Part shown: in pieces, positions 25,069-35,415 of the stretch | How positions within the stretch are numbered: the first letter of the stretch is position 1 | Layout: the number at the start of each line of letters is the position of its first letter | NCBI RefSeq assembly: GCF_964204865.1 | Contig: NC_135252.1 | Span: 12,958,001 to 13,022,000 of the forward strand | Source of the DNA: Styela clava | Taxonomy: Eukaryota | Reading direction: 5' to 3' | Length of the DNA: 64,000 nt | The notes under the pieces: generated by a model | Told to the model about the DNA's origin: nothing | Databases searched by the model: none | Seen by the model: only the letters and a program-made list of their open reading frames with translations | Position numbers and translations under genes: made by a program

Positions 25069-28000
25069 TTAAATCTTTTTCTCGAGAAGAAATTTGCTGA
25101 AGTCTGAAATGAGATAAAATGATTTAAAACTTTTGAAATTCGAATATTTGATTTTAAAAATAATAATAAAAAAAGAAACTTTAGAACTAGAATTTTTCTA
25201 AAATTTTTATTTAATTTTATTAGATGTGTTTTATAGTGGTGTTGTATCATATTTTTATTTTCTTATTTTTCTTTTCTTTTATATACTTCGAAAATTTCAT
25301 TTAATACGGTATGCTGTCATCCGAAATGATGTACAAAAATGACAAAAATCTCCGACGAAGTGAAATAGCCAAATATTTACCTGAATAGTTGATGGTTCCG
25401 CTCGAATCTTCTTGTCCATGCATCATTGTTGCTACTTTGCTAGTTGACATTCTTTCACCTACAAAACCATAATATAACGATAAGCACAATGTTTCTCTCA
25501 AGTAAATTGAAGGAAAGATTCAAAAAATGCAAAAAAAAACATTTTTTTCTCGAAAATGCTAAAAAAGCACTATCGCTAGACATATTGAATTAATAATTTG
25601 CAATTGTGATATATCGTTTATTTTATACTTGAAATACTTCTGCATATATAGTTCTACTTCATATGAAACAAATAATGTCACCTAAAGTTGTCAAAATATG
25701 TCTGATTTCAGCTCCTCTCAATGTACCATTGCCGTCTTTATCAAATACTCGTAATCCTTCAACAAAATCTTCGTAGCTTCCTTGTTTTGCTAGTTTTTGA
25801 ATTTGTGACAATACTGGTAAAAATTCTTCGACTGTCATTTTTTTTGTTTTGAGTTCTAAATGAGGATAATGTAATTAAAAAGTTTATTTTAAATAAAGTC
25901 GTGGTCATTTATTTCAAAGTAAATAGGCTACTTAGTATATATTTTTATTCAAAGTTTATAGAAGCGACGAAATGATAATATTGTAGTTGTAGATGATGAA
26001 AACATTTAAATAAAACTCATTAACATTAAAGACACTTATCTTAGTTCATACATTTTATCTGTTTAATGTTAATAGGAATCAGGTAAAACAGCATAATAAC
26101 AAAACGCTTTATACGTCCATTTCGTGTACAATTCTAAAATGCTTATGCTCTTGAACGAATGAATCATATTATTTCATTCCCTGGTATCCGTATTTTTACA
26201 ACAATGTACTGACCTTCTTGACTAGGATTTCCCATGTATTTCATGACGTCTTCATTAGTGGGACATTCACCGAGTGCTCTAATGACGTCACCAACCTGGT
26301 GATAGTAGATCGTTTTACCATCGGAATCGGAGAAAAGTTCGTAAGCTTCTCTGACATCTGTATCAGTAATGCATTATTGAAAAAAACATTGAAGAGGTGG
26401 AATTTTGAATGTCAGAGTCGAATGTTAGTTTCCTTTTATAATTTTCTTTTATTTATGTGAAATATATTTTTTTAGATTATTCGGACTTGAAAGCATTCCA
26501 ATTAAAATTTAAGACAGTTCGCACCACAACAATATCAAATATATATAGCAGGAATAAATTTTAATAATTTTTGCTGGTATAGCTTATGGATAGTAATAAA
26601 ATATTCTCACCTTCAATTTGTTGTTCTGTAAATTCCTGTTAATAAAAAAAAAATGATGATTTTCAAACAGACTATCCATAATTTACCTTATACAAGAAAG
26701 CAAGGAAAAAAGTTCAATGCTCTTCATTGAAATATATTCCTATCAAATCATTCTCAATTTCTTCGCATTTTTCGATCAATTTCAGGGTGATTGAAAAGTA
26801 ACTCCCTATTTTAAAATAAATACAATTTATTCAAATGCTATATCATGTTTCATGTTTCTAAATTTATGTGTATATATTACTTAATATATGGCAATTTAAT
26901 TTATGTTCTTGTTTTCCTTTCAGATTTGTTTAAATATTGTTCAATTTCAATCTTTTCAAATTTATTTTATTTCAAAACCCTACAAAAATGGCTGGACGTC
27001 TTACTCTACAGGAACGTGCCCAGATAGCCGCGCGTTATGAAGTTTGGGGATGCATTGTTCAAGTGCAAAGATGGTGGAGAACTATTAAGGGAAAACATGC
27101 CCAAATTGACCCGAAGACGATCAAGAATTGTCATAAAAAACTTATGACCACAGGATCTGTGGCTGATACTCAAAGAAGCGGTCGTCTTTCCAAATCCAGA
27201 GATCCTGAGGTAGTGCAAGTTGTTAAAGAAATGTTTACCCGTAGCCCACATAAGTCAATTCGTCAAGCAACAAGAGAAAGTGGGCTCTCCTTTCATTGTG
27301 TACGTAATGTGCTAAAAAACGAGCTTAAATGGCGTGCTTGGAAGCCGCATTACTGTCAAGCACTCTCTGCAGAAGACTTTGACATTCGTATGGAGTTTGG
27401 TGAAATAATGTTGGCTTGGTTTAGAGATTGGCCCAACCTTTTTAAAAATATTCTATGGAGTGATGAAGCTGTATTCCACATAGGTGGATTTGTGAACCGT
27501 CATAACTGCCACTACTGGGCGGAAGAAGATCCTCATGTTACCTGTGAAAAAATGCAAAATCGATCCAAAGTAACGGTATGGTGTGGAATTACTTTTGATA
27601 GGATTGTGGGTCCCTTCATTCTTCGCGATACCATGAATGCCGAAAGGTACCTCGCTATGTTGAAAGATGAAATTTGGCCAATTATCAGTGCTTGGGAAAA
27701 TATTGAAGATTTGATTTTCATGCAAGATGGAGCTCCTCCACACTTTGCTATTGTTGTTCGTGAATGGCTAAATGCTCAATTTCCTGGAAGATGGATGGGT
27801 CGTCGCGGTTCGCACGAATGGCCTGCCAGAAGTCCTGACTTAACACCCTGCGACTTTTTTCTCTGGGGTTGGATGAAAGAGGAAGTCTACTCAACCAAAC
27901 CAAGAAATTTGGAAGAACTTGAGGGGCGAATACGTGAAGTTATGACTTCCATCCCGCAAGAGTTTCTTGCGAAATCAGTTGATGCGATTCCTGGTCGACT

Positions 28001-28329
28001 TGAGAAGCTGGTGGCAAATAAAGGCGCCCATATTGAATTTTAAATAAAAGCCCATGCATTATACTTCCTTCTCATATTCATTAATTGTAGAAATTATATT
28101 TTAAAAATAAACTATAGTTTTTTTAAAATAGGGAGTTACTTTTCAATAAGCCCATGCATTATACTTCCTTCTCATATTCATTAATTGTAGAAATTATATT
28201 TTAAAAATAAACTATAGTTTTTTTAAAATAGGGAGTTACCTTTCAATCACCCTTAGTACTCAGAAAAAAACTACGAAGATATTTCTTTCAGACCCATTGA
28301 AGCGATAAAACAAATATTGTACTCACCAT
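25069..28329 (-). CDS. Myosin essential (alkali) light chain, 6 exons (28329-28327 ATG only, 26635-26611, 26357-26214, 25855-25682, 25458-25381, 25103-25069), 152 aa
   Basis: M|[17 protein letters not shown]...[21 protein letters not shown]...EEFLPVL...[37 protein letters not shown]...[23 protein letters not shown]. An ATG-only first exon is typical of the calmodulin/MYL6-type family. The last exon is the least certain. Confidence 0.93.
26988..28043 (+). CDS. DD41D transposase, 351 aa, uninterrupted
   Basis: ATG in aaaaATGg context; HTH region with SGR; [25 protein letters not shown]; 41 residues counted between the 2nd and 3rd Asp. Confidence 0.95.
   Translation: MAGRLTLQERAQIAARYEVWGCIVQVQRWWRTIKGKHAQIDPKTIKNCHKKLMTTGSVADTQRSGRLSKSRDPEVVQVVKEMFTRSPHKSIRQATRESGLSFHCVRNVLKNELKWRAWKPHYCQALSAEDFDIRMEFGEIMLAWFRDWPNLFKNILWSDEAVFHIGGFVNRHNCHYWAEEDPHVTCEKMQNRSKVTVWCGITFDRIVGPFILRDTMNAERYLAMLKDEIWPIISAWENIEDLIFMQDGAPPHFAIVVREWLNAQFPGRWMGRRGSHEWPARSPDLTPCDFFLWGWMKEEVYSTKPRNLEELEGRIREVMTSIPQEFLAKSVDAIPGRLEKLVANKGAHIEF
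28045..28247. repeat. 100-bp-period tandem duplication of the transposon right end
   Basis: aagcccatgcatt at 28048 and 28148. The inner copy carries a TIR truncated at ...ttttcaat. Confidence 0.95.
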
Positions 28330-28420
28330 GTCTTTGCTAGGTACGTTTCTTGTTCTGATATTTTAGAATACTTGAAAGCTGAGATTGAATAACTGATTAA
28401 CAAAAGAGAACATTCTACCT

Positions 28421-28427
28421 TTTTATA
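28421..28427 (-). promoter_or_regulatory. Putative TATA box of the myosin light chain gene
   Basis: TATAAAA on the minus strand ~92 nt upstream of the ATG, with CAGATG E-boxes at ~28488 and ~28711. Confidence 0.5.
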
Positions 28428-30643
28428 GTCTAAAGTTACAGCATGTAACGAAGAAGTGATAAAGTCAAAATTACATCCCGTGGATAGCAGATGTTTGGGA
28501 GCGACATATCGCACTTCGGAAATCGCGCCGAGTAGCCAATTTAAACTGGTAGGTAACAAAGCCAGATCATAATCCAATTAGCATCTTAATAGGAATAGTT
28601 CCAGTTTTAAATCATGCAGATAATTTAAATGACTAAAAGTAAATGAAATAGACTATTCTTCGAACTGTGGCCCAAGTTCACAATAGTAACTATATTTCAT
28701 AATTAAAAGTCAGATGCCGGAGTATTTATATGCGAATCCGGGTACTTTTAGCAATAGTGCAATTTACAGTATATATTACCTTCTGGTCTACAAAATGCTT
28801 AGTAGCATATATGTCCTCATTTTTAATATTTTATGCACCACTGTGTCTTGAAAGGTTTGTCTATTTTGTCATCTCGACTGCTTATGAGCTGAACCGACAA
28901 AGATGAATGTGCAAGATGTACAGTTGATTTTTTATTATTAGTTTTTTATCATTACTAGTTTTGTTTGGATTCAATGAAAATTGCAATTTTTTGAATTTAT
29001 TTAGATGAATACACAAAATTTATTCTGATGGATGGATTTATGAAATCTAAAATGAACGTTCTAACAAATGATTCACAGTACGGACGGGATATGACCATTT
29101 TCCGCCTTTGATGCGTTATGCCGTAATTTATATTCATATGTCTTGAATGTTGTTTACAGATATACATCATATCTCAATGTAAGAGGGTTTGCTTTACAAT
29201 TTGTAGCGTAATGAGTAGCGTAAAAAATATATCAATCCGACACAAATTTGCCTGATCTGAAGTCGCAAAATTGAAAATTGAGGTAAACATAAGTGCATTC
29301 TATCTATGTGCTTCACGAAGCCTCGAATACCTAATTGGTATATATATCAGTCATTAGAGTATATTAAATTCTGTCGTAGCGGTGTTCGCGTTTTAGGCGT
29401 TTTATATCGCTGTCTGTAGAGACTGGCTTGCCTACGAATTTTTAGCTTTGAAACTGCGAAAAAACTTTACAAAAAATGGAGAGTTGTTGTTTCTCGTTGA
29501 ATTAAAATTTTTTAATTTCAATTTTATGAAATTCAGTTTATTTCTGTTATTTACAGAAAACAATTTGATTATTTTTGACAAAATGCGAATACGCGATATT
29601 ATCATTATTATCAAACGAAAACGAAAATTTAATCTTGCATCTGGGGATCGAAAATCAGTTTGAACTGAATTTGTTTGAACTTAATTTATATAAAAATCGG
29701 AAATGATATTAAACTCGATATTTGAATTCCAATTAATGTGTAGAATTACAGAATTTTGTGTAGTGCCATATGTCAAGTGGCAAATGAATATTATATTCAT
29801 CACGTATCGCTATACACTCGACATAAATATTGACAAACGGAATGTACGAAGTATAAGCTTAATATAAGTTGAAGTACTCTTCATAAGTTAACGACACTCA
29901 TTGTAATTTAATTAAATTTACGTTGGTTTTATAGTAGTTAAACATCGAATTTTTTTGTACCTCGCTTTTCCGCCTGTATTTTGCATATATATATATCTAA
30001 AAATAGAGCAAAATGAATCATAAAATTGAAATTATTAGTCTAAGTGAGGGGAATCCTTGAGATACCAGTATTTTATTGTGTCTCTTTCTGCCAAATTGTA
30101 CTTAAAAATTTGTCAGTTTATCAACTGATGAATGCCAGCTAATTTACTACTTTATAATTGATATTAGGTCCGGGAAATTGAATCGTGTGACAATTAGATT
30201 TATAAAGATTATGATTTATGAAAATTAGAAAATACTTGAGGAATGATTGAGTAACAAGTTCGTAAGCACTAATTAAAAGAATTTGAGATGAAATATTGGT
30301 CATTATCTGTGCACCGAGCAATTTAGATTTTTATTCAATTTTAACGAAAACTTTTCGTAGTACGATGAGCATGTACAGTATTTTATATTTCCATTAAACT
30401 GGAGTATACTGTCAAATAGTATGAATAGTTTTCTTATCAAAGAGACAAACAGGAGAGAGAGTGTGATTTTGCAGATAACCACGAATTTTCGTACGACATT
30501 TATCAAAAATAAATTCTAAAAATGTGCAGAGATATTGTACTATATAATACTTGCTTCGAGACCACAGAAATTAGTGGAGTAAATCACTTAAACTAATGGA
30601 TTACTCTCTAAGAACTCACTAACAACAACTCACTAAGAACAAT

Positions 30644-31777
30644 ATGCTGACAAATTGCAACGATTCGGAAACTGGATATTACCGCCATTTGAAAGACAGA
30701 GTAGCTAAAAAGAGGTTCAGAATGGCAAAAAATAAAATGAACAAATCGACTATGAAATCACCTCATATTTCATCTCACACTACAAAACAGTTATCATATA
30801 CTTCTGACCATGTTGAAAATAAAATACAGTCTACTGCTGTTTTAAGTTACCTTTTGTGTTCACGAGAAAAAGAAAAGTTGTATGCAAATCATTCAATTGA
30901 ACAAAATAATATTGTACATAAGCAATTGCAGGAAATAATGGCGAGAAGGCCTGTAACTACTTCCAGCATAAAGCCGAGTGACATAGTCAAACACGCTCCT
31001 CAAAAACACTCAAGAGCAAAAATTGGAGGTAGAGAAAAATCAGCTAATTTACATAGAGCTAGGCTAAATACCTCGACAAGATTTGATAGCGTTTCAGAGA
31101 AGATTGCGGATTTTGAAAAAAAGACAAATCGAGTCACACCAAATAGCTCTCAAACTACTAAAATATTTTGTTTGCCATATGAACGAGATAATTTCATGGA
31201 AACAAACGAGACATATTTAAATAGAAGAAGTCCTTGTTTAACTACGCCCGAAACCGTTCCTTTATATCACAATTCCTCACAGAACATGAGAGAATATCGT
31301 CAACCGCCCAATTTATCTGAGGGCTGGAGCAAGTCAAAAGGTACATTCAACCACCCATACGAGCCAGCACAATTAGCAAACTTCAACTCATATTCAGGGT
31401 ATATAACTCATTCATCACGCCATCCTGAAACTCTATGTTGGTCCAGATATTATGCAAACAGTTTGATGTCTCCAGAAAATTGGTATTTTGCGACCAATGG
31501 ACATATTATGAGTACACCCTTTCGCTATCGTCAAACTTGGGACGAAATACCAAGCTCAATAATGCATCGTAACCGACAGTTTAGAAAGAAAAACTACTCG
31601 AAAGCTTTTTTATTTGGATTTGTTTCTCCAACTGCAAACTCATATAGCGAAAGAGCCAAAAGAAGTGAGGAGGAACGAAGCAGTGAAAGTACAAAAAACC
31701 CTGAAAAACAAGATCGTACTTATGCCGCTGCAGTTATTGAAATGACTCCAAAAGTGAGAAATGTTTATTTTAAATAA
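30644..31777 (+). CDS. Uncharacterised 377-aa basic, Ser/Thr/Asn-rich ORF; possibly a large exon spliced at aaa|gtgaga near 31753
   Basis: A 1134-nt stop-free frame in strongly AT-rich DNA is unlikely by chance. No recognisable domain or transposase motif. Confidence 0.6.
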   Translation: MLTNCNDSETGYYRHLKDRVAKKRFRMAKNKMNKSTMKSPHISSHTTKQLSYTSDHVENKIQSTAVLSYLLCSREKEKLYANHSIEQNNIVHKQLQEIMARRPVTTSSIKPSDIVKHAPQKHSRAKIGGREKSANLHRARLNTSTRFDSVSEKIADFEKKTNRVTPNSSQTTKIFCLPYERDNFMETNETYLNRRSPCLTTPETVPLYHNSSQNMREYRQPPNLSEGWSKSKGTFNHPYEPAQLANFNSYSGYITHSSRHPETLCWSRYYANSLMSPENWYFATNGHIMSTPFRYRQTWDEIPSSIMHRNRQFRKKNYSKAFLFGFVSPTANSYSERAKRSEEERSSESTKNPEKQDRTYAAAVIEMTPKVRNVYFK

Positions 31778-33168
31778 ACATTATTATTTGCACTATTTGA
31801 ACTTTTTCCTACCAATCGTCTCCAATCGGAACACACTTAAATATATGAATCTACTTTTTTCGCTCTCTATGACCACCTAACAATGAAAGCTGATTCTTGC
31901 AAAGCATTTTGCATTCTGTCTGTTTTTTCTATTACACAAATACATAGAAAAATATCATGGCTTTACAGATATTATCATGATTTTATTATTTTGTTTGGCT
32001 ACTCTCATCCGTTGCAAGATAATCCAATTCTGCTGATGTTTATTATATTAAGTATGTTTGTAATATATATGTAATAAGCAATTTCAAAATCATCAAATGT
32101 TTACAAAGCCAGACGGAATTAAAACTTCGATACACATATTTTGTCATTTATGTAACAAAAAAATTCTCAGTAATTTTTCAAAGCAGTGGCTCTGTCTTGT
32201 AACTTAATATGCATAAATCAATATACAGGTTAAAACAAAGCCGTTGCGACGAGGATCAAAAACATATTGTACTTCATTAGGAACAGTTCATCGACAACAA
32301 CGAGGATTGAAACGAACTTTACTTGCTCTTCTTGGATTTTGTTTGCTGTTAATAGCAGTGATTTGTATTGCTTATCATATAATTTAACGATTTAATTTAT
32401 AGTTCCTACTGTATGTGCTACTACTGCTGAATAAGATTTATAAAAAAAAAATTGCGTTTCAGTTTTTTATGCACAGTGGTCCTTCTGTATTCTGTTAAGT
32501 TGACATCAAAACTCGACTTTGAAACATTATTTATTTATTGGAAATATGCAATTGCAATATAATGCAAAAAAGCATTATGCTGACTGGACAACCTGACACT
32601 AATAAGGCTTCTAGCCTTTCAACACATTATATACTGTTTTCAGCACTACTTGTTACCATGGCAATGCGCTCTGTAAACCTCGACTGCACATTTAATTATT
32701 CGATCATAATGCTCAATTGTGCATAAATATTTAATACGAAGTGTACTTGTGAATCGTTTTCACCAATTTATTGTTGCTCTCGTTGAGATCGCTGTTGCTC
32801 TGGAAAGCAATCGCTTTTCTATGCAACTAATGGATCAGTCAATTTCCAATTTCCAATAGGCTACTTGAACTTGATCGAAGCCGCTAGAAGGCTATTAATC
32901 TTATTTTTTCAAGTTTCCCGATATTTCACCGAAGATTTCGTTGTTTTATTTTAATTCATGGGAACACTTTTAAATAACGCATATATATGAGAACATTTCA
33001 CTTGACATTCTTTCTACGTATTTATATATTTCAACATTGCTTTCTTGTTTTTATTATGACTATTTAAATGTCGTTATTTTAGCAAAAGTAATAGATTAAG
33101 AAAAGTAATAGATGCATGGAAAATTAACATTCTACAGTGATTTATTGATTTAATCGAAATGTCTAGAA

Positions 33169-34088
33169 CAGGGTGGTCCAAACCCAGGCCCAAGGGCCAC
33201 ATGTGGCCCGCCGCATCATTATATGTGGCCTGCGTCGCATTTGCGCGAGGGTAATCAAGAAATGCCATTTGGTGTTGTTTCGTCATAAAAATAACCAGAA
33301 AAATCTTTTGACATATTGTTGTTACACCGCCAATTCCACTGAATTGACTAGTGTATTGGCTAGCTGAGGTAACTAGCAAAGTTGAATGATGTGCTTGGCA
33401 TTCTAAATTTTTATTTGGCTTTTCATCTTTTTGGTCGGGAATATATGCTAACAAAATAAGCTTCATAGAAAACTGAATATCGAATGAGGAATCTATTAGC
33501 CTAGGTTGGCTATGCCTGGTCACTAAATATTTATGTTATGGCCGAACAATACAATTCCCACCGGGTGGATTTTTGTAACCAGCCTAAACAGTATTACAAA
33601 AAATGCTGACTATATGTCAGAAAATTCAGTAATTACCCTTCTGCATCTCAAATTTGGTAATATTCGGTATTCAATCAATCTGCAGTTACTTGTAAGTTAT
33701 TTTGTAAACATTAGTTTAAAAATAAAGCTGACCAATTCAAAAATATTTTTAACTGGGTGTGGGAGGGAAAATACCACAATGCTTGCTTGATATGTCCGCA
33801 AGTTGTGTCGGTGACAACATAAGACGGCACTTCCTTCGTTATGAAAAATTTGAAATCTTACACTAAATGTATTTATATAGTAAGATTTTTGCATGTTTTA
33901 GTGAGTTTTTTTTTGTAATTTTTGCATGCTTTAGCTTAAAAAAAAAGTCAAACAATGATCAATGTATTTGACAATAAAAGTGTTAGTTTTGTATTGCACT
34001 GTTTACATATTCTTGGCACTATTGTGGCCCGCGAACAATACAAAAATAATAGTGTTGCCCGCGAGGTCGACAACCTTGGACCACCCTG
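33169..34088. mobile_element. hAT (Charlie-like) non-autonomous element
   Basis: TIR cagggtggtccaa...ttggaccaccctg, perfect 8-bp TSD GTCTAGAA on both sides, and subterminal tggcccg motifs. Confidence 0.93.
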
Positions 34089-34151
34089 GTCTAGAAGCAA
34101 CTTTGGAAACAATTCAACGAGTGTTCTCATTGGGTATATATAATAACTTTT

Positions 34152-34388
34152 GGGTGCTCCCGAAGTATGCGAACCAAGATGGCGGACATCGGAACGTAAC
34201 ATGGGTAACAGGTTAGGGTTAGGCGATAACTTTTTTCCAATTTTCCTTATTTTAGTCCTATTATCAGTTCGGAGACTAGCCAAGAGCCTCCCGTAGTATT
34301 TATACCTAAAATTATGGCCTAACCCTAACCTAGTACACATGTTACATTACGATGTCCGCCATCTTGGTTCGCATACTTCGAGAGCCTC
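34152..34388. mobile_element. Palindromic MITE with ~70-bp arms containing CAAGATGGCGG and TTAGGG
   Basis: cgaagtatgcgaaccaagatggcggacatcg...aggttagggttagg and cctaaccctaacct...cgatgtccgccatcttggttcgcatacttcg. Confidence 0.9.
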
Positions 34389-34710
34389 AATTTTTGACTG
34401 AAGTGTACATATGAATCATTCTGTTAAATTGTTGCTGTTGTTGTTGTAAGCTGTGTTGCTGTTAAAAAAAAAACTACTGTGATTACTGAATCGATTTCAA
34501 TTTTTAGCACTTGAATGTGACTGAAGCTGCTAGAAGTCTATAATTTCAGAACGTATACTTAACTTCTAATTTTTCTGTTGTGAAATTTGACCTTGAAGTC
34601 CATATATACTGCCATATTGCTTGAATATCAGGCTTCTATTTGTTTGAATTTGAAATGTCTAAACAAACTATTTTAATGATGGAATATATCTCATCTATAT
34701 AGACAAAAAA

Positions 34711-34818
34711 GGGTACTCCTGAAGTATGCGCACCAAGATGTCGCATAACCCGAAACCTAACCTGGTAAACCTGAGTTCAGGTCGTGCACCATCTTGGTGC
34801 ACATACTTCGGGAGGTCC
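34711..34818. mobile_element. Short member of the same palindromic MITE family
   Basis: gaagtatgcgcaccaagatg...catcttggtgcacatacttc. Confidence 0.85.
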
Positions 34819-35249
34819 GAAAAAAGAAATAGGTTTATTATTTACTCAATGGGAATACAGCACTTGCTTGCATAGTGGTAGTGAAGATTGGTGACTTGAC
34901 ATCTTTCATAAAAAAACGCGATTTTAAATGCGCGTTAGAAACCATATTCAGGACGGATAATCCACGTAAATAGCGAGGTGCAGTTCCTACCACTTCTCGG
35001 CAGCTCCTGCCACGAACGAACCGCGGCGTCTCTTGCCATGATTTTATGGCGCTATTACCGGTATATTCACAAAGTCATGTACTAAATTTTAGTTTATCAC
35101 AGAGAAATATATCTACTTAAACCTGAAACCTAGCCTCAAATTCATCAATACTGTATCCTTAAGGAAAACTTACCCAAAAGCCATAAGGACAACTTACCCA
35201 AAAATTTTCACATCAAGGGCAGCCCGGCCCTTACAGCCAACATGCCTTG

Positions 35250-35415
35250 GTTTGTGGCAGCAAAATTTTACCCGCCATTGTCTTTCAATTTGCTGCCGTG
35301 GTACCCGCCTCACGCCATTGGTTTGTGGCAGCTAAAAAGTCAACCGCCATGGTTTGACCATAGCGGCCATGGTTTGGAAGTCCCGCCATGGTTTTGCGGC
35401 AGCTTCAGACGCCAC
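35250..35415. repeat. GC-rich minisatellite-like array of (c)gccatggttt / tggtttgtggcagc motifs
   Basis: About five gccat(t/g)g repeats and two copies of tggtttgtggcagc within 165 bp. Confidence 0.6.

Larger units (their letters stand above)
26783..28253 (+). mobile_element. Tc1/mariner DD41D (rosa/Visitor-type) DNA transposon in light-chain intron 1
   Basis: TIRs cagggtgattgaaaagtaactccctattttaaaa (26783) and ttttaaaatagggagttacctttcaatcaccct (to 28253). Right flank is TA, left flank is TT. Confidence 0.92.

Noticed and set aside
27006-27743. Antisense ORFs within the transposase
   Set aside because: Shadow frames of a real coding sequence.
29004-29665. Exon-like segments upstream of the orphan ORF
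   Set aside because: All frames close. They could be non-coding exons but cannot be supported from sequence alone.
34210-34331. TTAGGG/CCCTAA motifs as a telomerase RNA template or interstitial telomere
   Set aside because: Only about two units, inside the arms of a multicopy palindromic MITE (also at ~53715 and ~53815).
35153-35161. GTATCCTT as a U12-type 5' splice site
   Set aside because: Not adjacent to any exon model, and no matching branch site was identified.
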